This document shows, piece by piece, positions 27,655 to 38,284 of a stretch of DNA of 41,290 nucleotides. The stretch is from a bacterium (GTDB lineage Bacteria; UBP15; UBA6099; JAJRTR01). The translations under genes were made by a program, and so were the position numbers. The DNA lies in contig JAJRTR010000164.1 of the NCBI GenBank assembly GCA_024278215.1, positions 1 through 41,290 on the forward strand, written 5' to 3'. Positions within the stretch are counted from its first letter, which is position 1, and each line of letters opens with the position of its first letter. Under the pieces are notes generated by a model. The model had not been told where the DNA came from, made no database searches, and saw only the letters and a list, made by a program, of their open reading frames with translations.

Positions 27655-27749
27655 TAAATTACAGATGGATTGAGAATATTTCTAAACTATCGAGCAAGTT
27701 GCAAAATTCTGATTTTGCCGCGGTCGGTTGCAATTAACTCTCTCTCCCT

Positions 27750-30700
27750 TCAGGAGAAACCGGCTCTGAATTCCGCGAGCGCGGCAAGTTTTTCTTCCAA
27801 CATTTCTTCATGGCGGGCGATGTCTACGTGTGTTATTTCGAGCGCTTCGTAATATGTTCCGGTCTCAATGAAAAACAGTCCCGAAGTGACTCGCTCCGTT
27901 GCCGCGAGGCCCTTCATCGCGGCGAGTGCGTATATTTCAAGCTGCATTTTATACTCTTCCGCCTTCCCGGCTTCTTCGCCCATGCGGATTTTGTCGGTTT
28001 TATAGTCGATGATATGCCATGTTCCACCGCCGCCGTAGAGCATGTCGATCTTGCCGTTCACGTAGTGGTCGCCTGCTTTCAGAAGGAACGGCGTTTCTGC
28101 ATAGGAAACGCTCTTTTCTATCTGCGCGCCCAGGTCGGATTCAAGGAATGCCTTCGCTTTCGGTAGGAACTCATCTATGAGTTTTTTGCGGTCACTCCTC
28201 CTTGATACATTCAGGTTTATAAGGATGTTTTCAAAACGTTCTTCCAGCACATCACCGCCTGATCTGAAAATGGACTCGAACAACCGGTGTACTGCACTGC
28301 CCCTGGTGAGCGGGTCGGCCCCCGGGTTTCGAACGGAGCCGCGCGCGCTTTTCTTTCGCATTCCCGTCCACTGCGTCGGTATTTTAAGAATATGGTTTTT
28401 CCTGTATCTCTCGCGGTCCGTCACGAAGTCCTGCAATTCGGTCACAGATACCGATATGCTCCCGCGACCGCCGCCGGGTGTGCCGAGGTACTTTAGCTTA
28501 TCATTGGCGTTGTTTTGTTCAGTTTTCTCGTCAGGGCCGTCATTTAAAGATTCGATAAGTTCCTGCGCGGCGCAAAACTTTTTCTTTCTCTTATGCGCGG
28601 CGGCAGGCGGCATCTCCATTATCCACTGTACATAACCGGAAACACCGTCGCGTGTCTTTTCGTCGGCGAGTGCGAACTCGATTTCTTCACTCCATTTTTT
28701 TGCGGGCGTGTTATTATCATCATATTCTTCATCCGCAATTTCAGCCGGAGCCGCCGCGTCGTAGCCCGAAAGGACCAGGTAGTCTTCAGCGCGTGTACAG
28801 GCCACATACAGCAGCCTTTTCATCTCGTCGGTTTCGCGCATCCCGGCAAGGTCTTTGATAACATTATTGACGGCGGTGGAGTCGACACCGAAGTCATCGT
28901 CAGGGCCGCCCGGTGCACGGAAACCGATCTCGTAGCGTTCTTCGCCGAAATCCTCGATGCTTAAGATGCCGCCGCCGCCGCGATGATAGTAGTCCCCTAA
29001 TGAAACCACCACCACTACCGGAAATTCCAGCCCTTTCGATCCGTGTATTGTCATAAAACGGACAGCATCCGAGTCATCGTCGACAACAGGCGCTTCTCCG
29101 AGCCGCAGTTCCATGCGCTGCTGTTCCTCGAGGTGTTGAACGAAAGATAAAATGCCCGCGGAATATTCGCGCTCGTAACTTCTGGCTATGTCGATGAACT
29201 TTTCGATATTCCGGCGTTTCTGCAAGCCGTGCTCACCGACGGAATAGACTGCGAGCAGCCCTGTCTGTTCGAGAATTCGAAGTATCAGTTCCGGAACAGA
29301 CAGACGACCAGCCATTGCGCTCCATTTCCTGAGCCTGTCCACGGCATACGCGGCAGGGCTGTCGTCCGCTCCATCGCACTTTACATATTTCTTCAGCCTG
29401 TCGAAAAAATGTCTGCCGCTCACGCGCGAAATGCGAAACAGAGTTTCATCGCTAAGTCCGAACATCGGAGACCTGAGCGCTCCGGCGAGGCTCACTTCGT
29501 CGCGCGGATCGGCGAGCCAGCCGAGTATGTTCATCAGGTCCGCCACTTCCTGCCGCTCGTAAAAACCGAAACCGCCGACATTCAGGAAGTCTATCCCCTC
29601 GCGCCTGAATGCTTCCTCGTATTCCGTTATGTGAGTCCTTGCGCGGAACAGCACGGCGATATCCTTATGACGCAGCGGTCTCGCGCTCTCATTCTCTTTA
29701 TCCATAACGAGAAATTCATCGCTACGCCGCAACATTTCAGAAAGGTGACAGGCCGCCATTTCCGCCTCGAACTCGTGGCGCGACGCATAATTTTCCTTCA
29801 TCTCATCAGGGACCGCGCCACTGAGAACATGAACACGCATCGCGGGCGACAGTTCATTTTTCTCCGTGTCGCCAACATTCATGCCTGCTGTTTTATCGCC
29901 TTGAAACACTCTGCGCCACATCTTCTCGCGGCCGGAACGAATGTTTTCGCAGGTAATGTGTGGCAGCAGGCCGGTCGTGTCTCTCGACGCGAAAATCTTT
30001 TCGAACATCACATTGAAAAATTGTATCAGGTCGGGATGTGAGCGGAAGTTTACATCGAGTTCGAGCCGCGAATCGATATTCATCGAAGCATTGTTCGCAT
30101 CAAGTTCCCTTGTCGCCCTGTCGAACACCCGAACATCAGCGCCCCGGAAGGCGTATATGCTCTGCTTCTCATCGCCCACAAGGAACACATTCTCGCTTAT
30201 AGCGCCCTGCTCATCTCTGGCTATCAAACTGATTATCTCCCACTGGAGCTGATTTGTATCCTGGAATTCGTCGACCATAATAAAACGGTACTGCCGCCTG
30301 AGTTCGCGTGCTACAGACGGGTGATTTTTCAACATCCGCCGGGTTTTTTCCTGCAGATCGTCGAAGTCAAGCATGCGACCGCAGCCTTTCGCCTTTTCAT
30401 AATGATCGCGCGCCGCCAGAAAAGTCCGTGCGAGTGCCCGGTGCACTGCTGCATAGGCATAATCCCGCACATTCATCCTGTATGAGAGCACATTTCTCGC
30501 CCACTCCCGCAACACTTTGCCGATGCTTTTAAACTCCTGTAAATGGTCTTCAGCCCATTTTTTCTTCGAGCCGTAGGAAAAGTTCAGACTGCTGAGATCA
30601 TCTATTGCGCCTGGAGGTATGTTTCCTTCTCCACATATCTTTTCGAGCGCGGCTACCGACGTCTCCCACATCGGGTAGGCCCTGTCGCTCGTGTCGGTGC

Positions 30701-31463
30701 ATATCAGCGATTCCATTCTTTCGAGCAGTCTGTCAAAATCGGAAATGTCGCGAAGTTTATTGATCCAATCGTTGCAAAGACTCTCATGTCGTGCACGTAT
30801 ATCCTGATCGGACATTACAGAGAATTCCTTCGCCCAGGCGAGTGATTTGTGGCGTACATTGAAAAGTTGTTCGAGCGCATCCGCGATTTGACGCCGCGAC
30901 CACAGACGCGATAGTGTCAGCAAATCATCCGAACCGTCTTCTGCCGCCCTGCCGATGAATTCATCGACGGCATCACGCAACAGGAAAACCTGCTGCGTAT
31001 CGTCCAGCACGACGAACTCGGGGTCCACATCGGCTTCGAGAGGGTAGTCGCGAAGCAGCGATGCGCATAACGAATGAATTGTCGAAACACGCGCGTCCGA
31101 CATCGAATCAAGTGTAGTTTCCCAGAATTTTATCCTGGAGAAATACGCGCCGCTCACATTATCGGTCGTGGCACTGTGCCCCTGGCGCGTACTTTCCGAT
31201 TCCGAATACTTATCGCGCCCGGCCCTGTCAGCGAGGCCCGATATTCTGGCCCTCACTTCACGCATGATGCGGCTTTTCATCTCCGCCGCAGCCATTTCCG
31301 TGAAAGTGATTGCAATAATATTATCGACCGTGGCGCTGCCGCTTTCGAGGATGGAAAGGTAACGCTCCGTGAGCACCATGGTCTTGCCCGAACCGGCCCC
31401 GGCCCGCAGCGCCACGTGTCTGTCGTGCGCCAGCGCACGCTTCTGCCTCTCAGTCAACCCCAT
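27750..31463 (-). CDS. addA: ATP-dependent helicase/nuclease subunit A (UvrD-type helicase + RecB-family nuclease)
   Basis: AGAGSGKT, AITFTEMAA.EM, STIHS, VDEFQDTN, VGDEKQSIYAFRGA, MTIHGSKGLEFP, RLLYVACTRA. Nuclease motif GKID...IIDYKT...QLEIY. Confidence 0.92.
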   Translation of the reverse strand: MGLTERQKRALAHDRHVALRAGAGSGKTMVLTERYLSILESGSATVDNIIAITFTEMAAAEMKSRIMREVRARISGLADRAGRDKYSESESTRQGHSATTDNVSGAYFSRIKFWETTLDSMSDARVSTIHSLCASLLRDYPLEADVDPEFVVLDDTQQVFLLRDAVDEFIGRAAEDGSDDLLTLSRLWSRRQIADALEQLFNVRHKSLAWAKEFSVMSDQDIRARHESLCNDWINKLRDISDFDRLLERMESLICTDTSDRAYPMWETSVAALEKICGEGNIPPGAIDDLSSLNFSYGSKKKWAEDHLQEFKSIGKVLREWARNVLSYRMNVRDYAYAAVHRALARTFLAARDHYEKAKGCGRMLDFDDLQEKTRRMLKNHPSVARELRRQYRFIMVDEFQDTNQLQWEIISLIARDEQGAISENVFLVGDEKQSIYAFRGADVRVFDRATRELDANNASMNIDSRLELDVNFRSHPDLIQFFNVMFEKIFASRDTTGLLPHITCENIRSGREKMWRRVFQGDKTAGMNVGDTEKNELSPAMRVHVLSGAVPDEMKENYASRHEFEAEMAACHLSEMLRRSDEFLVMDKENESARPLRHKDIAVLFRARTHITEYEEAFRREGIDFLNVGGFGFYERQEVADLMNILGWLADPRDEVSLAGALRSPMFGLSDETLFRISRVSGRHFFDRLKKYVKCDGADDSPAAYAVDRLRKWSAMAGRLSVPELILRILEQTGLLAVYSVGEHGLQKRRNIEKFIDIARSYEREYSAGILSFVQHLEEQQRMELRLGEAPVVDDDSDAVRFMTIHGSKGLEFPVVVVVSLGDYYHRGGGGILSIEDFGEERYEIGFRAPGGPDDDFGVDSTAVNNVIKDLAGMRETDEMKRLLYVACTRAEDYLVLSGYDAAAPAEIADEEYDDNNTPAKKWSEEIEFALADEKTRDGVSGYVQWIMEMPPAAAHKRKKKFCAAQELIESLNDGPDEKTEQNNANDKLKYLGTPGGGRGSISVSVTELQDFVTDRERYRKNHILKIPTQWTGMRKKSARGSVRNPGADPLTRGSAVHRLFESIFRSGGDVLEERFENILINLNVSRRSDRKKLIDEFLPKAKAFLESDLGAQIEKSVSYAETPFLLKAGDHYVNGKIDMLYGGGGTWHIIDYKTDKIRMGEEAGKAEEYKMQLEIYALAAMKGLAATERVTSGLFFIETGTYYEALEITHVDIARHEEMLEEKLAALAEFRAGFS

Positions 31464-34400
31464 TTACGGCCTCCTCACGCAGCGGGTCGCGAATATACAT
31501 AGTTGCCGACACCGCGTCTGTGCATGATTTTTTCAGTGCAAACTCCATCCGCACCGTGTCCAGTCTGCATATCCGGCTGAACTCGCAATATGAACATCCG
31601 GCAACTGGCGGCGACTCGAATGTAGTCTGAAAATGCCCGGAGACAATCGCTCTCACAACAGCCTCGATTCTGCTTTCCGCATTCGCAAGCTCTTCCCTGA
31701 AAGCTTCGTCCGAAAGGATGCCGCTCTTTTTGTTTGTGACGATGAAAGCGCCGTCGTCATATTTCTTAGATACAAAATTCTCGTTAGCAATGAAAACATT
31801 TCTACCCTCGTGACCGGGTTTGAGGCTGTCGTAAGCAGCGCCGATCAATTCGTCGTGCGGGCTCAGCATCGAACTTGTAAGCAGCATATAAAGGGGCAAC
31901 TGGAAATCGAGCCCCTCCAGAGTAAGTTTTATATTACGCGGCGCGCCGGTCTTATAATCTATCACCATCCATCCCCTGCCGCCGCCGTCAATTTCAGCGA
32001 TGTCTATCCTGTCTACAAAACCACTGAAACACACTTTTCCACCTTCCACCTCACATGTCCAACCGGCAGGAACCCGCATCCCGGCGCAGGGGGCATCGTT
32101 GCCGCCTTCCGCGCCGCCGCAGGGGAATTCGGTTTCGAAATACGCCGGTTGCAAACCTGCTGGAAGCTCACTTTCCCTTCGCAGGAACTTCAGAAGCAGC
32201 CCAGGCGGTCTCACGATCTCGATGTCTCCATCGGCGCATGCGATCTTTTCCACAACGGCATTTTCATCGCTGAGCCCCGCAAGAAGCTGTTCTTTGTAGC
32301 GATCCCAGAAAAAACCTTTGAACGGCATTTTCGCAAGCAACTTTTCAGCAATGTCGAGAAGTTGTTGACGTGCGTCATCGAAATTATCGGGTGTAACTCT
32401 CACTGCAATATGCGTTTCAGGGTCGAGCCGGTTTTCGTAGAATTTCTGGAGAATCTCATGTACGAGAGACCCGGTGGTAGCGGGAGAAATCTCCTCCTCG
32501 ACCTCTTCCGGTGCGGCGAGATCGAGAACATACCGGGAACAGAAAAACTTAAAAGGGCAACGCGCGTAAGTTTCGAGCCGTGTCGAGGAAAAGGGTTTTC
32601 CCGATGAAATAAATCTTTCGCGCAGTTCTTTCAGCAGCCCGGCGTCATTAACCTGACCGTCGAAACTGCCCAGCGTGTCGGCACCTCGCTGGTGTTCGAC
32701 AAGGCAACCTCTGAGCATAGCACGGAAATAATCCGCACGTATCGCCGCCTGCGGCGTCCTCATCATTGCGGCTGTCTCCGCGCGAACGGAGTCATTTTCA
32801 TTACTGGTAGTCTCCGATACAATCGTCTGCCACTGCAGAAGCGTAAACGGTTTTTCAGGTGGCGGTTCACCGATCTCTTCTATCGCCGTCACCAGTTCCA
32901 GTTCGTTCATGAAGTCCGACCTGACGCACTCGCTTTCGCCGTCCCACAACGGGTAAGAAAGGACTATGGCGTGGACACTGGAGATCAGGCTGTAGAAGAT
33001 GAGCCTGTCCTCCGACGGGTCTGCCATGATGGACTTGAGGCCTATCTTTTTACGGTCTTCGTTTTTAAAGATGAAAGGCCGTCCCGCGCACGCCGGAAAC
33101 TCACCGTCGATCAGGCCACCCATATACAGTTTGCCGATCTCCAGCCCTCTTGTCTCGTATAGGCCCATGACATCCACGCCGCCCCCGCATCCGGGCCTCA
33201 TGTAGCGGCCACCCCGCACCGCCACCTTCACATAACTGTTCAACGCAGACACTGTCGCGCATTCTTCATCGGCAACAAGAGAAAGAGCGGACCTGCAATC
33301 ATCGAGCGCATCATAAAGAGCCGCAAGCGCGGCCGCATTCGCCGCCTTCGCTGATTCGTTCAGATCGGGAGGGCCGCCCAGATAGATATTCTTCTCAAAA
33401 TCCAGTAGCGCAAGTGTATCTGCTATCCCGTCGAAGTAGTCGTCGAGCGAAACAGTCTTTCGGGTAAAGGGGCGCAGCAGATCTACCATCCGCTCGAAGA
33501 CCGCGCGATAGAAATCGAGCTCGTCGACCCTTCTTTGTGCGCGCTCCGCCTCATGCTTTTCGTCGTCGCAGTCGCGTTCGTTCCTGTGGACCTCCTTCAC
33601 GAGCCACGCGCGACGTCGCTCGAATTTTCGCAGCCAGTCCTTTTCTCCTCCATTAAGTTTACCGCCGGTCACCATCGCGTCACGCGCCACAGTATCCATC
33701 CGTGATGCTGAAAAGACAAACCGAGAATCGCCGGAAATATTGTCGAAAGAAAAGAAAGTTGAAGCGGCCATCTTATAAACAGCAGTCCGCGCAAACCCGG
33801 ATTCCACAACATCGATAATGCTAAGAAACGCACCGGCCACGGGCGATGCGCCGAGTGAATCGCCGGCTGCCTCACTGAACGCAATGCCGTATCTCGGGAA
33901 CCACTGCCGTATCATCGGCATGTAGCTTTCGAGCGACGGAAAAACTACGCTGACATCTTCGGGCGCCGCCACGCCCTCCACCAAGTCTTTTTTTATGGCG
34001 GCTGCAATTCTCTTAACTTCATCCTCACGGTTTCGCGCCTTTATCAGCTTGATGCCGACACCTGCCGGCACACCTTCCCTTTTGTCGATAACGCTCACAA
34101 ACATATTTTCATGCGCGGCGGGTCTCATCACTTTCACACCCGGATTCGAGTTGTAGTTTTCAGTTATCGCAACATCCAGCTTCGACAGAAACCGTGCGGT
34201 GTTGTCGGGCAGCACAAAAACTTTTTTCATCCGTTTCTTTTCGCCCTCTTCAGGACCGGCGGTCGCCAGCGCGAACACCGTCCGCTCAGCATTCCCGATA
34301 AGGGCGGCGACAAACTTTTTCTGGAGCGGATTGAAGTCGTAGAAACCGTCCCACACGAATAGTCCCACTCCGGGCAGAACAGATTCCAGACCTTCTCTTG

Positions 34401-34992
34401 CTATGTATTCAGTACAACGGGCTATCACATCTTCCCGGTCGAGCAGCACCCTGCCGTCGCCCTCTCCGCCGGAAGAACTACGCGCAGTATATGCCTCGAA
34501 AACCCTCATGAAGTCTTCCACGACAACAGGCGAGGCGTTCAACCTGTGTGCCGCGCACAATTTGCGAAGTGTACCGGCGTCAGGAACATCGTTCTGCTTC
34601 AGTTCGGAAATCAGTGCCGCAATTTTCGTCACGTAGCCGGTGAAGCCGGGACGCCCCCCCAGCATTTGCAGTTCAGAACCGCCGTGCAACAGAACGTCCT
34701 CGATAAGCACAGCTCCTTTAGTCCCGTTCAGCAACGGTTCGCTTACGGCGGCGGCGGCGACATGGTCTATAAGATTCTCTAACGTGATCACCATGCCGCC
34801 GACGAGAGCACCGCCACAGCTCTCGGCGATAATGGAGCGTATCTGTCGCGCTTTTCTCGATGTGGGAACAATGTAGCGCGATTCACAATCTGAAAAAACG
34901 CTGCACACATGCCGGTCGAATATGTACCTGTTCAGCAACAACCGCGAATCTACAGTCCGATTCTGGAAATATTCGATTATCAGTTCAGGCAT
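31450..34992 (-). CDS. addB: ATP-dependent helicase/nuclease subunit B (inactive helicase + Fe-S PD-(D/E)XK nuclease)
   Basis: DGFYDFNPLQ, SSTRLETYARCPFKFF, GSLVHEIL, GFVDRID...VIDYKTG, FQLPLY and CSYCEFSRIC (iron-staple Cys). Overlaps the addA start by 14 nt. Confidence 0.9.
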   Translation of the reverse strand: MPELIIEYFQNRTVDSRLLLNRYIFDRHVCSVFSDCESRYIVPTSRKARQIRSIIAESCGGALVGGMVITLENLIDHVAAAAVSEPLLNGTKGAVLIEDVLLHGGSELQMLGGRPGFTGYVTKIAALISELKQNDVPDAGTLRKLCAAHRLNASPVVVEDFMRVFEAYTARSSSGGEGDGRVLLDREDVIARCTEYIAREGLESVLPGVGLFVWDGFYDFNPLQKKFVAALIGNAERTVFALATAGPEEGEKKRMKKVFVLPDNTARFLSKLDVAITENYNSNPGVKVMRPAAHENMFVSVIDKREGVPAGVGIKLIKARNREDEVKRIAAAIKKDLVEGVAAPEDVSVVFPSLESYMPMIRQWFPRYGIAFSEAAGDSLGASPVAGAFLSIIDVVESGFARTAVYKMAASTFFSFDNISGDSRFVFSASRMDTVARDAMVTGGKLNGGEKDWLRKFERRRAWLVKEVHRNERDCDDEKHEAERAQRRVDELDFYRAVFERMVDLLRPFTRKTVSLDDYFDGIADTLALLDFEKNIYLGGPPDLNESAKAANAAALAALYDALDDCRSALSLVADEECATVSALNSYVKVAVRGGRYMRPGCGGGVDVMGLYETRGLEIGKLYMGGLIDGEFPACAGRPFIFKNEDRKKIGLKSIMADPSEDRLIFYSLISSVHAIVLSYPLWDGESECVRSDFMNELELVTAIEEIGEPPPEKPFTLLQWQTIVSETTSNENDSVRAETAAMMRTPQAAIRADYFRAMLRGCLVEHQRGADTLGSFDGQVNDAGLLKELRERFISSGKPFSSTRLETYARCPFKFFCSRYVLDLAAPEEVEEEISPATTGSLVHEILQKFYENRLDPETHIAVRVTPDNFDDARQQLLDIAEKLLAKMPFKGFFWDRYKEQLLAGLSDENAVVEKIACADGDIEIVRPPGLLLKFLRRESELPAGLQPAYFETEFPCGGAEGGNDAPCAGMRVPAGWTCEVEGGKVCFSGFVDRIDIAEIDGGGRGWMVIDYKTGAPRNIKLTLEGLDFQLPLYMLLTSSMLSPHDELIGAAYDSLKPGHEGRNVFIANENFVSKKYDDGAFIVTNKKSGILSDEAFREELANAESRIEAVVRAIVSGHFQTTFESPPVAGCSYCEFSRICRLDTVRMEFALKKSCTDAVSATMYIRDPLREEAVNGVD

Positions 34993-35225
34993 AAAGGCAC
35001 GCTCCGTTTACGTTATCAGTACATTATAAACATGTGTTGCGACATAATAAAACTACCATCGCTGCATAATTATCTCAAACAATATTGCGGCAGGGAAAAG
35101 TTTATTGAAAAAAACATGAGATTATTGTCAGGCGCGGTTTCGAGGGGACAGCGCTTATAATAAATGTAAAATATGCACAGAAAACAGTGGGGGCAGTCGC
35201 TTGCAGGCCGACTGCAATATAACGC

Positions 35226-36506
35226 ATGAGCGAAGAAGTAAGAGCAGAATTCATCACACACCTTATCAACGGCAACAATGCCATGCACAGAGACGAACTC
35301 GATCTTGCCGTGGCTGAATACTCCCTTGCGCTCGACCATAACCCGAACTTCCCACTGATTTATACAAAGCTGGGACAGGCAAACTTTAAAAAGAAGGATT
35401 TCGAGAAAGCAATAAGCTGTTTCAAGAAAGCTCTCGAACTGAACCCCGGCCACAGGGAAACCCTCTACAGGCTTGCTATGGCTTATGAAGCCACCGAACA
35501 GCCTGTAAAAGCCGCCGTAGTATATGAGATGATGGACGAAGAAGATCAAAGAAAAGAAGGCTCCGCCACGTCGCCCGGCAATAAAAATAAATCGCGAAGG
35601 CGTTCTTCATCGGCGAAATCACTGCGCTCGATAAAAACATCCGAAGTATTGCCGCTTTCACTCAGGACATTCACAACACATCCGCTTCTGATCGTACCTG
35701 TGTTCATTGGAATCGCCGCCTCGCTACTCATTGCGAAAGCCATCATGCCTTTCTTTTACATGATACCTGGCGACAACACTGAAATCCTGTCATTTTTTAC
35801 ATACTTGCTGAACGGACGGCAGATAAATGCAGCCACTGTTATTTATGTAGTTGTTAACATGTTAATCGCAACGATTATCTGCGCGCCTCTTTTCGCTTCG
35901 GTAACGATACTTACAAGATATATCTACAGGGACAAACAGACATCGTTCGGCACAGCGCTTACAGAATCCTTTGCCCGGATATCGCCCCTTTTGAGCACTG
36001 CAATAATCGGCGCAGCCGTAACCGCGCTTGTTGTCGCGCTCGGCATCTTCCTGTTTCAACTTTCCACAATTGTCCTGTATGAAATCTGGGGAGTAAGTAT
36101 CAGATTGCGGCCGCTGGCGCTTCTTACAGCCCCGCTGCCTGCCGTTTATTTCATTTATGCTGTTCCATCAATCGTTATTGACAAGAGAGATATGGAGAGT
36201 GCACTAAAGAAAAGCGGGCGCATCGGGAAAAGGTATTTCCTTAAAACCGCCTGCCTGCTGTACTTTGTTGTTATTGTTTATTCATTGATAGTGTTCGCAT
36301 TTTCTAAAATCGGATACGCCGGTTCGGCGCTTCCTTATCTTTGCATCGCGCCGGTAATAACCTTTACTCTCATTCACATAACAATGGTTTTCACAGTCGG
36401 ACAGGAAATAAAAAACATTCCACGCTCGGAGACCCGCGGCGGCTCCCCGGTGACAGATGAGAAGGCTGGTGAATCAGTTGATTTAAGTGCAAAAAGACGG
36501 AAATGA
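35226..36506 (+). CDS. TPR-repeat protein with a C-terminal multi-pass membrane domain
   Basis: N-terminal TPRs (LGQANFKKKDFEKAISCFKKALELNP), a basic linker and about six hydrophobic segments. Confidence 0.8.
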   Translation: MSEEVRAEFITHLINGNNAMHRDELDLAVAEYSLALDHNPNFPLIYTKLGQANFKKKDFEKAISCFKKALELNPGHRETLYRLAMAYEATEQPVKAAVVYEMMDEEDQRKEGSATSPGNKNKSRRRSSSAKSLRSIKTSEVLPLSLRTFTTHPLLIVPVFIGIAASLLIAKAIMPFFYMIPGDNTEILSFFTYLLNGRQINAATVIYVVVNMLIATIICAPLFASVTILTRYIYRDKQTSFGTALTESFARISPLLSTAIIGAAVTALVVALGIFLFQLSTIVLYEIWGVSIRLRPLALLTAPLPAVYFIYAVPSIVIDKRDMESALKKSGRIGKRYFLKTACLLYFVVIVYSLIVFAFSKIGYAGSALPYLCIAPVITFTLIHITMVFTVGQEIKNIPRSETRGGSPVTDEKAGESVDLSAKRRK

Positions 36507-36535
36507 CGATTGTCAACTGAAAATGGACAACAATA

Positions 36536-36713
36536 GAGCCAATTGCAAAATTATGTTCGTAGCGAGGTCGAGCGAAATTGTTCAGAGCAAGGCGGAGGTG
36601 TAAAATCCTCGCAGGCGTACTTGCAGAGTACGTCGAGGAAGATTTTGCGCCGACAACGCAGCTATGGACAATAGCAGCCGACCGCAGCAGAATCAGAACT
36701 TTGCAATTGGCTC
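36536..36713. mobile_element. MITE-like element (178 bp) with 14-bp terminal inverted repeats and a 4-bp AATA target duplication
   Basis: GAGCCAATTGCAAA ... TTTGCAATTGGCTC. AATA occurs at 36532-36535 and 36714-36717. Internal palindrome CCTCGCAGGCGTAC-ttgcaga-GTACGTCGAGG. Lies between convergent genes. Confidence 0.8.
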
Positions 36714-36722
36714 AATAGCGAA

Positions 36723-38048
36723 CTAAATCCTTGAATAAACCGCAAAAAGCAACAGCCCGGCCACCAGCATCATGAACGCCGGAATAATAAGCAGCCTGTA
36801 TATTCCGCCGAGATTCGCCTTGAAATAATCTTTTGTGAGTATCAGGCAGAAATGCACCGGGCTCAACATCATTCCCATGTATCCGAATGAATATGCCAGC
36901 GCGAGATATGCAAACTTAACATCGGACTCCATAACAGACGCCGGCAACAGGGAAATAACAAGCGGGAACGACGCACCCACGAATCCCACGGCAATGCCCA
37001 TCACAATTCCTGATATGAAGGGCAGGGCGGCTATCACCACCAGCGGCGGGATGTTATACAATTCGAGGTCCGCCTTTGCCGCGGAAAACGCATCGACTCC
37101 CGTCAGCATATCCCTGAACAACATTATCCCCACAACCAGAAGTACCATTGACAACTGGTTCTTCGAGAGAAAATATTCAGCAATTGTCCCGACACCCGTT
37201 TTCTGTGTCGCGGCCAGCCAGACTATCCCGAATATCACTCCCATGATGACAGGCCAGTATTTCCCCGCGAGGTCGGACATATCAATCTGCAAGTGAGTGC
37301 TCAGAAAACCAATCACAGGACCCGCCGCGAATATCGTAACTATCACGATTATTATGCTTGCGCTTTCCCTGATGGTTTTAAAAAGGTAATAACTTCTATT
37401 ATTGTCGTTATTCTCGATGTTCTGCTTATCCTCATCGTTATTCTTCGCTGCAAAAGCCGGTTTAAGAATAAACAGGTATCCACTCGCTACGGCAGCAAGT
37501 GTCAAAGGTATGTTGAAGAGTATTATCTTCCACATAGAGGCGTGGAAAAGGTGCGAAGCAAGAATAACACCGGGGTAGAGCGGCCACCAATATTCCCACA
37601 CGTGCCTGAACCAGTAATTGATCGCCGATTTCTGCTCGGGGTTCTGTCCACTGCCGGCGCCGCATGCCGTATCGACCATCGGGGCGCTGAAAATGGCTCC
37701 TCCGGGCATCGGCAGCAATCCGATCAGCGCAGGCAGCGCGGCTCCGCTGTACATCGATTTTCCAAGCAGCCTGCTGAAGGATTCCACTATTTTTTTCAGC
37801 ACTCCCGTTCCATCCATCAGGTTGCTGAACCCAAGAATCAGGACTACCACCGCTATAAGAAATCTCGTTTCGGCTGAGATAGAAGAGCGTGCGGCTATTT
37901 TCAGTGTTTCCACAATACCTGCGTTGAACCACAGCCCCGAAATCCCGGACATCAACAGCAACGATGCCCACAACGGTGCCTTCAGCCTGTATAATATCAC
38001 TATCCCTGAGAATATTATCAGTATTTTAAACAATGCCTGTATTCCCAT
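36723..38048 (-). CDS. DUF401 family membrane protein (putative transporter)
   Basis: PALIGLLPMPGGAIFSAPMV, INYWFRHVWEYWWPLYPG and GMMLSPVHFCLILT..YF. Probable start MGIQALFK at 38048. Confidence 0.88.
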   Translation of the reverse strand: MGIQALFKILIIFSGIVILYRLKAPLWASLLLMSGISGLWFNAGIVETLKIAARSSISAETRFLIAVVVLILGFSNLMDGTGVLKKIVESFSRLLGKSMYSGAALPALIGLLPMPGGAIFSAPMVDTACGAGSGQNPEQKSAINYWFRHVWEYWWPLYPGVILASHLFHASMWKIILFNIPLTLAAVASGYLFILKPAFAAKNNDEDKQNIENNDNNRSYYLFKTIRESASIIIVIVTIFAAGPVIGFLSTHLQIDMSDLAGKYWPVIMGVIFGIVWLAATQKTGVGTIAEYFLSKNQLSMVLLVVGIMLFRDMLTGVDAFSAAKADLELYNIPPLVVIAALPFISGIVMGIAVGFVGASFPLVISLLPASVMESDVKFAYLALAYSFGYMGMMLSPVHFCLILTKDYFKANLGGIYRLLIIPAFMMLVAGLLLFAVYSRI

Positions 38049-38284
38049 TATCGCTTCCACGGAAGTCAATAATAGCGGCGCACTTATATAAAGTAAAGCA
38101 GTGTTTATCACGCAGCACTACACAGGCACCTAAGATGTCGGGCAGTTTCGATTATTGTTTTCCTGAAGGTTCCATTATCGCCGGCTATGCACTATACTTT
38201 CGTATTATCACGTTTCAATACATGTTTATAGAATGCTGTCCGGTAAAGAGCAGGAGTTTTAGTTACCCTGCGAAGGTGTTGATC

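Noticed and set aside
27810-34876. Long antisense and alternate-frame ORFs over addAB (e.g. 31633-32607, 29229-30041) and over the giant gene
   Set aside because: They are shadow ORFs of GC-rich coding sequence with no recognisable motifs.
27750-34992. Helicase-nuclease pair as a novel defence system or Cas4-like module
   Set aside because: Size, gene order, motifs and the Fe-S staple match housekeeping AddAB.
38033-38284. N-terminal extensions given by the ORF track (also 814-852, 8520-8708, 10595-10681, 12070-12129 and 38049-38111)
   Set aside because: They overlap neighbouring genes or regulatory DNA and lack family similarity. Downstream starts fit RBS position or domain boundaries better.
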